Assembly: GCF_964355755.1 (NCBI RefSeq)
Contig: NC_092672.1
Coordinates: 7,316,001-7,380,000, forward strand
Reading direction: 5' to 3'
DNA from: Antedon mediterranea
Lineage: Eukaryota; Animalia; Echinodermata
DNA: 64,000 nucleotides
Shown here in pieces: positions 26,802 through 38,002 of this stretch. The position numbers and the translations under genes are program-made. The number at the start of each line of letters is the position of its first letter. Within the stretch, counting starts at the first letter, position 1. The notes under the pieces are model-generated. The model did not search any database, was not told where the DNA came from, and worked only from the letters and a program-made list of their open reading frames with translations.

Positions 26802-29800
26802 CTATTTATCTTTAGGAGTAGGATTAGTAATATCAGGCAAGTTTGATATGTTAAATGGTGATGGCAAACCAAGTTCTTGTTGCACTGCCTGAAGATCAGC
26901 AGGATTTAAATTATGCAGATCTAACCAATCAGAGAGTAGAGATGCAGACAGCGGCCCAGATTCACATTTCACACTAAAAGGAATGAAAACAAATTCATAA
27001 TAAATGGTTTACACACGGAGGGCTCAATGGTGCGGTTAATGTGAATTCACATCAAGGAGTTAACATACACATATTACATAGAAATTGCAATCAAAAACAA
27101 CAAAAAACCAAGTCAATTAAGCATAAGTAATTACAGTTAAAAGGTCCTTGTTATTAAATTGATCATAGTACTACATAGACCACACTCACATCGAAGGAGA
27201 TCAAATACACATAAATTACATAGAGATTGCAATAAAAATCAAAATGTACATAAAGATAAGTAATTACAGTTTAAACGTTCTTGTTAAATTGATTTAGTTA
27301 TGCATAGAATTGAAATATAGAAATACCTACCCAGTCGATAGAGGAGGAGGCTGCATATCAAGTGACTGATTGAGTAGTTCTTCAAGATCCATTGTTAACC
27401 CATATCCAGCTCCATCACCTCTTGGTGTTAATTGCAGTATAGGAGGCAGAACATCAATCATGCCTGATTTTGAAAACTGATGCGTAACAAACGCAATGTC
27501 TGGTTGGGAATTTGAATCCCTGTAAAAGCCTTGAGGAGGAATAACATCTTTGAAGAGATCTGGAGCAGACATTTTGGCAGAAGCTCCGCCAAAGTTATGA
27601 GCAATCAGGAATTCATCACGCAGGAGTGGTGACATTTTGGTTGGAGTCTTCTGCTTGGCTTCTAAGGCTTCTTCATACGTAGGTGGAGAGCCGTGCTGGA
27701 TAAATGGAGGTGAAGGACTGACAGGCTGGAAAAGTCTTTGTGGTGATTTTAAGGTCGCTTTTGTTGGAACAGAAGGTTTTATTTGCATATCATTAAACAT
27801 ATCTATGGCAGAGTATGTATGCACTTTGTTTTGGTCAAGATTGGAAATATTTTGATCAGATATCGGTTCTTTCGTGTTAGATGGCGCTACTGCTACGTGA
27901 TTTGTGAACTTTGTCTGGATGTTAGCACATTGTTGTTTCTTAGGCGCAATAGGCTTCAGATTTTGACGGATTGGCACCCTAGTATTTAGCGCCAAATTGG
28001 CTGAATTTTTTATTACAAAGGTGGTAGGTTGGGTGAGTTTAATCTGAACTGGTTGACCCTGCTGGGACTGACCTTGTCCTGCCAGGACAAACGTTGTTGG
28101 TAGGTTTCTGTCTTTATTTAAATATCCACTAGAGTTTTCTAAACTTGATGGTATTGTTTGATTACTGGATGACATGACTGTCTGCTGAGCATTGCTCTGC
28201 TGTGCTTGTACACTTGTTTTTAAAGAGGTTTGAATGTTTGGTTCTGATTTTGACAACTTTAGATTCACGGTTCCCTTTTCTTTATCCTCTTGAGCAGTAG
28301 CTCTCATCTTGTTCCATCTCTCTAGCATTTCTCTGTCTTCCTGAGTCAGGAATAAACCATTGTTCTCTTGTATTTTAGTTTTTGCTTTCTGTTTTTTTTG
28401 TCTTTCGGTAGCTTTCTTCAATTTCAACTTTCTCTTGTCTTCTCTCTCCTTCTGACGTTCCCATGCTTTCACTGACATCTTCCGGCCACCTATTGGTAAT
28501 GCATTTGCATTGGATTTTGCTGTTGAATCTAAAAAATATAAAAACTGTATAATAATTGTTGAGAAAGGCATAAACACAGATAATGAGTATTCAGAAATCC
28601 AGGTTCTGTTTTTGAGTACAAGTTTCTCAGCAGCAACCTAGCAATCATTATTCTTACATTATGAAACTGCACTGATTATCTGTAATAATGTAAATAGGCT
28701 TTCAAAATATGGTGCTTCTGATACTGTAAGATTACTATAAAGCTCTGCCTACACTATCAAACTAGTTTGACAAAAAAAATGTGATGTGCCCAAATATGGT
28801 AGTGATATGCTCATCATGTCCATATATGGTCACATCACATTTTGTTGTCACGTAAAGTTTGATAGTGTAGACAGAGCTTTAGGTATTCCACTGAGCTGTT
28901 CTTCAAACTCCTTGGTGAAGGTAGATCACTGCAGTGTTTGAGAGTGACCCTTCGCATACACCTAAAATAATCATGTTTTATTCCAAAAATGCTAACACTA
29001 TAAAACAAACCTGGCTCTGAAGCTTTGATCTTGTTTCTAAGTGCAGCATTCAGTAGAGCTGCCTTGATCAGAGCTTTCGTGTCGGTTGAAATTGTTTTCT
29101 GTGAGGTCTCAGAAGTACTCTTTGCCCCTTCATCAACAGATTTCTTAGCATCACCATGGTCTACACTTTTCATAGTCACATCACTTGACACGGCCGCCTT
29201 GGCATTAAGTTTCTGAAGGTCATTTCTCTTATGCTGTGGCAAGTCTTGAAGCAGATCCTCTCTTGATGCACTTCGCATGATAACATCTACAGGTGGTTGT
29301 GAGGAGTTTTTACCATTTGGGTTTATTTCTTGGTTGTTGATCTGACCACTACCACAAAGTGATGTTGCACTCTTCATCTCAACATCTGTGATACTTTGCT
29401 GCGTTGCAACCAGTAAATCCATTTTAGATTCTTTACAATTGCCATCATATGCATTATTTTGGATGTTTATCTCTGGACCATTTAGTGTTTCTGTTGGCTT
29501 AGCTTTCCCAGAAGATAATTCATTATCAGTGTTATTCTGGATTAAAGATGGTTGCAAGAAATTTGTTGCGTTTTGTTTCTTCTCAAGAACATCTGGAATA
29601 AACTGGTTCGACAGCGAACTATTAGTTCCTTTTTGGTTAACTGTGCCACACACTCTAGGTATGGGCTTCATAAACGTTCCTAACGGTACTTTTGAAATCG
29701 GCTTTTTATGTCTATGATACTTTGCTATTATCTTTGCAACCTTTTCTTGAATGTGTTCTTTCGTCATTTTTTCATTTTCAAAAGAGAAATCAAATTGCGG

Positions 29801-31198
29801 AAAGCAGAGGGGCTCATCGAGAGGATCATGATACTTAGCCAAATATGGATGCTTAAGAGCATCTGCTGATGTCACTCTTTCTTCTGGGCTGTATTTCAAC
29901 ATCTGCGATAAGAGATCGAGAGCTTGTGAATCAGCCTCTGGATACTTTGTTTTTAAATCAATAGGTTTGATATGACCATAGTTTTTGTGAAAGAAATTAT
30001 AGACCTGATCACTATGGCAAGATTGCAGCATCTTGTCTGGGGGCAGGCCTAAAACTTGAGTCACTAAGGTCAACTGGTCAATCAGGTTCTTTCCTGGGAA
30101 TATTTGCTTCCTGCCAATCATTTCTGCCAGGATACAACCAACTGACCACATGTCAACAGACTTTACATAATGTTCCATTGGGAACAGCAATTCTGGAGCT
30201 CTATACCATCTTGTTGCAACATAATTTGTCATGCGCATATGCCGTTTATGATCCTGAACAGATGAAACTCCTCTAGCCATTCCAAAATCTCCAATCTTCA
30301 ATTCACAGTTTCCATTAACCAGGAGATTACTCGGCTTCAAATCGCGATGTATGACATTAGCAGAGTGGATGTACTTTAATCCACGTAGAATTTGGTAAAG
30401 GAAATACCTGACATGCTCCTCGGAAAATACTTGTTTAGAATGTATGATCTGGTGCAGGTCACTCTCCATTAAATCTAAAACAACATACACATCTTTGAAT
30501 CCAGAAACAGGTCCTTTAATGTTTAATATTTCACGAATAGCAATAATGTTTTCATGCCGAAAGTGACGGAGAATGCGAATCTCACGATATGTACGTTTGG
30601 CTATTGTCTCTTCACAAAATGCATTTGGAATTTTTTTAATAGCGACTTTGATACCAGAATTTTTGTTTATTGCAGAACACACAACACCATAAGCACCTGA
30701 AAATATAAAATAAAATATTAAAAGAATAAACAAAAATAATAGTTACAAATTTAAATAACTATTATGATCTTGATAGTTACAAAACTGAAGAGTACTGTAT
30801 GTCAGCATCTTTTGAAAAAGACAATTGGTTTTTGATTTTAAACTTTTTTTATGTCATTAAGAAATGGTAAAATTCAAGGTAGCAGCAATAATATGTACTA
30901 TGTTTAAAAAATTTACTTTTTTTTCAAATGGAAACATATTATAATATTTATGATTTATTTATATATTGTGTTGTATTGAAGATGAAGAACAACACTGTGT
31001 TGATCTGGACTTCTATGAATAAATTAAATAAATTTGAACAATGAACTGCATAGCATGTACTGTAAGCCTACCGGTTCCAATATTTTCGATGGGCTTGTAG
31101 TCTGTGTCTTCAAGGTCAAAATTCACATCTAAACACCGACTTTTGAAAGTTATTGAGTTCTTCACAGCAGTATCTTGTTGTTGCATCTTGCTTGCCAT
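26802..31198 (-). CDS. MAPK7: Mitogen-activated protein kinase 7 (ERK5). Exons 31072-31198, 29011-30696, 27331-28528, 26802-26973
   Basis: Kinase motifs IGTGAYGVV, VAIKKIPNAF, HRDLKPSNLL, GDFGMARG, YVATRWYRAPE. ERK5-type C-terminal motifs ALIKAALL, GAGYGL.MDLEELL and SASLLSDWL..HNLNPADL. Junctions are in phase. Confidence 0.93.
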
Positions 31199-31689
31199 AA
31201 AACTTACTTTTAAATTTCACCATTCATTCATCTATAAAAAAATCAAAATTGTAATTAATTTTTTATCATGCAGGCCTAGTCAATCCCTGTCTGTAGGCTA
31301 GGCCTAGCCTCTAGCTAGTAAGTAACAATAACATTAATAAAGTAGTAGTAGTAGCCTAGGCCTAGCCTCTAGTATAAAAAAGACGTTAATTCCTAGCTAG
31401 GCTAAACTGATAACTTATCATGTTTCTTTCATTGAAATAATCAGTACTCATCATGGAAAATCAAATAAAAAAGCTAGGCCTACTAAAATATGTAACATCA
31501 GAAACATACAGTACATATAGACAGCGGGAAAGCCAAGTATCTTCCCGTATCGACAATTGTTTTGACCCCAATCAAATAAATATTCTAGGCCTACATATAT
31601 TGCAGTGGTTTGATATGTAATTACGTCAATAATGTAATAATTTTATTATAGTGAATAGATGAAACATTCATAAAAAAATAACGGATACA

Positions 31690-31900
31690 CACTTTACCAT
31701 TTCCAATCAAATAAAGTGTAATTTTACACCACGAACTCCCACTGTTACGGTAAAAACACGATATATTTTATATAGGAACTCCGTTTCTAAAAATAGATAA
31801 TTTCGATGATGTCACTCGGTGTTAGCCAATCAGCGACCTTGTTTACAAGATTGGCACGCTTATCCTCATCATTGCTATTTTCGCCATTTTGGACATCCCT
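31690..31900. promoter_or_regulatory. Probable bidirectional promoter for MAPK7 (-) and the bHLH gene (+)
   Basis: CCAAT at ~31703 and ~31826, ATTGG at ~31850, YY1-like GCCATTTT at ~31883. Candidate UTR-exon donors at ~31697 (-) and ~32105 (+). Confidence 0.5.
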
Positions 31901-32413
31901 TTGCGGCGATCGCGACATACACCGCTACCACCACCATTCAACAACAAAGGAACCAAAAGTTGTAAGTGGGGTGTGTACAAAAGAATTATTGACTTTTTGC
32001 GTTTCTTTGTTCGGTTGAAGCACACTCCACTCATTTATCTCTCGTGCACCTGTTCTTTCCTTGTAGACCTGCAGCGAAAGCGAAGTGGGTGAAATTATAA
32101 AAAGGTAATATTACTATTCAACAGCTGATTTTGAAGTTTGTTACATGAAAATAATTCCAAGCCAAAGTGATAATGATATTATTATGTAGCCTCCTCGGGA
32201 TCCGTAGCCTCTAGGCCTAGTGTAGGCCCAGTACTATAGGCCTAGTAGGAATCACTCCTTGTAGGAGGCCTCTAGGCGGTAGACCTAGTTTGCTAGAGGG
32301 TCTTACAAATTACTAGTGTAGGTACATATATGCTTGCTACCTAGTGCAGGGCAGGCCTACTTTTTGTACGGATCCCTTTTGTACTGTGTAGGCCTAGGCC
32401 TAGCTAGTACTAG

Positions 32414-34533
32414 GGGATGCTAGTCAAGTCGCCCCATCGCAAAGTCGCCCCATACAAAGTCGCCCCATACACAGTCGCCCCATCGCAAAGTCGCCCCAAA
32501 ACAAAGTCGCCCTGACACAGTCGCCCCATTGCAAAGTCGCCCCATCGCAAAGTCGCCCCAACGCAAAGTCGCCCCATCGCAAGGTCGCCCCAACACAAAG
32601 TCGCCCCATCGCAAAGTCGCCCCAAAACGTTAAAAAATAGTTTAAAAGTGCGTAAAATGTCGCAATGATGCACAAAATAACACGGAACGTGTAGGCATAA
32701 AAGGGGAAGCCCCGCCATATAGTCTCAGGTCACACGATCGGCACGCTCCCCAATCATCAGAGAGGAAGCCCCCAACTAATCACTCCGCGGTCGCACTAAC
32801 GTGCTAGCTCTCACCAGAGGGAAACCCCCGTAATTATTCCGCCGTTGTCGCACTACAACGCACCATCTGAAGATGGGGAAACCCCGTCGGAGTTTTACGA
32901 TGATATCAGTCGCGTTCGAAATCGGTGGCGTTTAATTTTGGTCGCGATAAAATGATGTTATACGATCTAGATTATTTTTACTTTGGTCGATGAATATTTA
33001 TTATTATTAGGCCTATATTAATAATTGATTTTTGTTTTTATTTTACACTGAGGTCTATGATGAGAGAAAGATGTGTGCCTTAAAAATGACAATTTGTAAA
33101 CATAGTTTAAGATTATAGTAAGCCTATTATTCAGCATAATGTCATTTAACAGTACATAAATTTAAATGTGAAATATTTTATAGGGAACGTAGGCTACGTC
33201 TGTGTCTTTTATTTTTTATATGCAACAAATTAGGTAAAACAATTTATTTATAAACATTCAGTTTACTATTATTATACATAGTATTACAATGAACATTGAT
33301 TATAAGCCTGGAAATGCAATCCCATCATTATATCCATTATAAAATTGCATCATATCGCCACTATATGTCGTAAATGATGACGTGCATGTGTGTATTCGTC
33401 GTACGTCCGTGTACGTATTATTCCGTGCCTCTTCACTGTCTTGTTTATTAAAATTAAATAAACACCCGATATGAGGATATTTATTAGGCATGATAATAAC
33501 CAAAAGGGTTGAATAGAATTTCTTCAGTAAAATGATCATTCTGCTGTTGAATAAAAAGCGACTCGCAATCTGAAACATTCTCTGAAACCAATCGGAGCTG
33601 CTCCTTCTGGTATCTGTTTCCTTCTCACAGCTGCTACGTCTTTCTGCTGCCCGTCGGGGATTCCCCTTTTTAAAAAACACGCACACGATAATCATACTGT
33701 ACGATGGTTTTTCCATGGTCAAATGTAGCGTTTTAATTTTACTAAAATACCTGCATGTGTAAAACGATCATATCGACGAAGAAATCCCCTTTTTTTTATT
33801 TCTTCATTTTGAAAAGTCATAATTAAAATTAAATAACTATAGACACATAACTTGTCAATAAATGCAAAATGATCAATAAGTAGCCTATATAACATTTATT
33901 GTCTTACAACGCTGTTATTGTTTTAACTACTGTAAATATACGAAGGCCTACTATTTATACACTTATTATATTATCCTAAAAAATGAGCTGGTATCCACGC
34001 GTAGGTTGAAGAAAGATTCGTAATTGTGGCTCTGGTAACTAATTTTAAAATCATATTAAATTAACATTTTCGAAACTATAAATCAGGGATAATCTTTTTA
34101 GAACTTTCAAACAAGGAACTATTTTTTAATGATTTTTAAAAAGCACATCACTCTATTAAAACCTGTAAAATAAAAATTAAAACACAAATTATGTATATAA
34201 TAGGATAAACATTATAATGTATACGACATTTACCAAAGTAACAACGCAATCGATATCAAACGCAACCGCTATATGATTAAAACAGCGTACTACTAGCGGC
34301 GGCACTACTTCCGAAATAAAACCGTGGGCGACTTTGCGATGGGGCGACTTTGCGATGGGGCGACTTTGCGTTGGGGCGACTTTGCGTTGGGGCGACTTTG
34401 CGATGGGGCCACTTTGTAATGGGGCGACTGTGCCGGGGCGACTTTGTTTTGGGGCGACTTTGCGATGGGGCGACTTTGTATTGGGCGACTTTGTATGGGG
34501 CGACTTTGCGATGGGGCGACTTGACTGGATCCC
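32414..34533. mobile_element. Foldback-type non-autonomous DNA transposon with 16-bp tandem subterminal arrays
   Basis: Ends GGGAT..AGTCAAGTCGCCCC / GGGGCGACTTGACTGGATCCC. About 12 copies of AAGTCGCCCCATCGCA at each end in inverted orientation. GTACTAG direct repeat at 32407-32413 and 34534-34540. Confidence 0.8.
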
Positions 34534-36329
34534 GTACTAGGCCTAGTAGTAGCCTCTAGTAGGCTAGATAGTATTACTAATACTAATTAGGCCTTGTAGT
34601 AGGCTAGCTTTATAGGCCTAGACTTGCTTATAAAATATTAATAACTAGATAAGAGGGGATAGGCCTAGGCCTAGACTAGACCTATATCTCATAATTATTA
34701 ATTAATAATAGTGGAACAGTTCAAGGTAGAGCAATATAGGCTAAAAAAAAAGAAGCCTATACAATAAGGGGGCGTTTGCATGCAAATTGCTGCAGTGTAG
34801 GCCTAGCCTAGTTCTTATATTTGTTGTTGATCATGAAGGAATTTTACATCCATTTTAATAGATGGGTTTACAATAATTAATATTGTTTGTGTTTAAAATT
34901 GATGATGTTTCATTTTGGTCACGATAAACATAAAACTAGGCCTAGACCTACAGATATGAATACATATAGTTGATACTGTAGGATATGCACTGTGTTTTAT
35001 ATGAAGCGCTGCTAGCTAATTAACAAAAAAACCTATCCCTCTAAAGATTAATAAAGATCATCATCAGTAAGTAAATTCTGGAGTGGTTCTCCAAAATAAT
35101 ACAGAAAGTTGATATGCTATTGCAATGATTTAAAATATGACCAGTTTATAACATGACTGATTTTGTTGACACTTGATAGTGAACCATATCTTAACCACAA
35201 TGGTTTTTTTATTATCTAGTCTCAAGATGTACAGTTATAATTGATTGACAGCGTAACATTTGAATGCACTTATTTGAAGCATTGTTCTTAAAACCTGTTG
35301 ATTAGACTAATTAAGTATCGCTGTTTGGACTAATTAAAGGTTTTGCATATTATTAATAATAATTGATCTCTAAGAGAAAATTTTAATTTGAGAAGTTTGA
35401 TGGCAATAATTGATCTGTCAGTGAGTCTTAAGTCTACACTATCTTTATGTGAAAAAAAATGAGATGTGACCATACATGATGATGGAACATCACTACCATA
35501 TTTGGGCACATCACAATTTTTTGGTCATTTAAACTAGTTTGATAGTGTAGACAGGGCTTTAGTAATAAATTAAACCAATGTTATTATTTCATATACAGTA
35601 GCAATAATATTTTATATTGCATTTATTTGCTGGTGAAGAAAATGTTCCTCCTGTATCAGCTCTAGTCTAATTGAAGAGAATTTATTTGTTTCTCTAATTC
35701 TAAAATTCTTCTAAAAATTAAAAAATAGGCCTAGTAATAGATAGCACAGTATTTTAGAATGACTTCCTTGTGTACACAGTACTTTGAACGCATCATTATT
35801 CATTATAATTGTTGTAGAACCTGTAAAATTCAAGGTAATAGTATTCTTTTGTACAATTAAAGTTAAAAATAACTTGCTATACAATTTGCTTAAATAAATA
35901 ATGGATTATAGAACAAAACATCATCCTCAATAAAAAAATAGGTAAATATGTCTTCTGAATAGTGAAATTTGATGGGAGGGAAAAAAGTATTACATTTTTT
36001 GTTTTGGCCTATAGGAATTAGTACTGTACCCACACTGTACTACCCACATTCAATTTATTTTTGTTTCACCCAAATACAGTACCATTAACTTTTTATCCCC
36101 CCACCCTTAGGTTTTATTTTTACCTACCCTTAGCTTTATTTTTTTCGTGCTAAATAAGCCCCACCCATCACATTAAATCAGTATATACTGGCATGGAGAA
36201 CTTACATTACATTCATATTTGTACCTACATTAGAACTTGATTGATATCGCAGTACTGTACTACCGTATTCCAAGAACAAATATTACAAACGTGTAGTCAA
36301 GACAACCATGCTCCTAAGATACAAACACA

Positions 36330-38002
36330 ATGCATGCTGGGGAGATATCTGACCAATCAAGTGTAAGTAGCATCAACAGCAGTCCAACTACCATCTGTCC
36401 TTCTCCACCCACTTGCCAAAATGATGCACTCACAACTCTACAGAATGGACTGCCACCTAACCCAGAACTTAGCAGCGCTCTGCAAGATGCATACAAGGTA
36501 CGCATTCGTAGGGCACGCAAGAAAATCACGGAGAAGGAACGACGTGTTGAAGTACAGCAAAGATTTGAGGACTTGAAGAACTTGATTCCTGGATTGAACG
36601 GAGAGAATCGTAAAACAGTTCACAGACAGACTATACTTAAATGTGGTATGTTTTATTTCATTTTTAAAACAATTTATGTTATTGTTAGTAAAACCATGGA
36701 CGAGTGAATTTCGTCCCTGGTAATACAGTGCATCTAAAATGGATATGTTTATACTTATCTTAATGGTTTCTTTTTACTCTTTTAAATTTCCAATTAGCTA
36801 AGAAAACACATTAAATTTTCTATGTAGTTTTGTTATCAATAAGAAAAGAGTCCATTATTTTGTTGTCTACATATCTGAATTTCATTCAGTGTACTGCTCT
36901 CATTGGGTCAAATTCTTAAATTTCTTAATTCTTAAAAGTCAAATTTCTATTTTAATTTACTAAACTAAATTTTGTTTTAAAATCAAAACTATCGAAAGAT
37001 GGATAAACAAAACTATGATTTCTCATGCAAAGAATTTAGTATAACAAATGGCAATTTACCTTTACTGTGTAAAGTGTTTGCATGCTTTTAACCAATCTAT
37101 TTTTCTCTATACAGCCGTTGACTATATTGAGCAACTAAAGGTAGAGTATCATGTCATCCCACATGTTACAGATGAAGAGTTTCGTATTGAGAAAGAAAAG
37201 AACTCAAGATTAGAAGCAGAACATATTATGTGGTGCGAGAAACTCAATAAACTAAGGTAAAACGCAATTGCCATATTTTATTAGGAAATCTTTGTGCTCA
37301 ACAGATATCGGTTACTGTACCTACTTTTTTCTGTGAATGTTGTGAACTAATGCTTGTTTAGTACTAAGTCATTCATTTCACTTTGTGTGCCCCGTGCCCC
37401 TGCCTCCTTAAAAATAACATTGCATTAAGGTAAGACTTTATGTTAACAATAAAAAAAATGTTCGTCCTGTGCCTCCTTCCTATTCCAAAATCCTGGATCG
37501 ACCACTCAATAATGTACCCATCCATGATTTTTCAAATTTATTGGTGGTACTATTAGTTATCCTAGCAACTGAACCTCAAGAGTAAATATGGGATGTTTTG
37601 GAGAGAGCTGTGAGGATTGACCCCACCTAAAAGGTCACTCATCATACTTGTCTTATTATAAGTGCTGTACAGTATAGTGTCCCAATAGTCTGACCACCCT
37701 TGGAATGATTTACTTTTTTCTGTAAAGTTCAGTTTTAAGAACCTATATTTCACCAGTCCTATATCGGCCAGTTTAATATTTCAAATCACCTTTACTGCTG
37801 TTTTATGACTTTATTTTTTGTTTGTTTTTGCAACAGGGAACAGAAATGCCAACAGTTGCAAGAAAAGCATATGCAGCAAATGATGAATGGATTCACAGAC
37901 AATTTTACAAACAATGTAACTGCAATGCAACACATACCGCTTGTGTATTCAAACCATGTTTACAGTGCCTCACACCAAACTAACCGTATTCAGGTGCTTT
38001 AA
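36330..38002 (+). CDS. Small bHLH(-ZIP) transcription factor, Max/Mlx/AP4-like fold. Exons 36330-36645, 37115-37256, 37837-38002
   Basis: The spliced product contains RRARKKITEKERRVEVQQRFEDLKNLIPGL...RQTILKCAVDYIEQLK followed by a coiled-coil-like segment. GT-AG junctions are in phase. Confidence 0.8.

Noticed and set aside
28835-29010. C-terminal tail of the 632-aa kinase ORF
   Set aside because: Read-through into the intron and a MITE. The donor at 29010 splices in phase to the next exon.
32410-34559. WGDFAMGRLC-repeat ORFs and the 140-aa ORF at 33300-33722 as a transposase
   Set aside because: The first are translations of the 16-bp arrays. The internal ORF has no recognisable DDE or DNA-binding motif.
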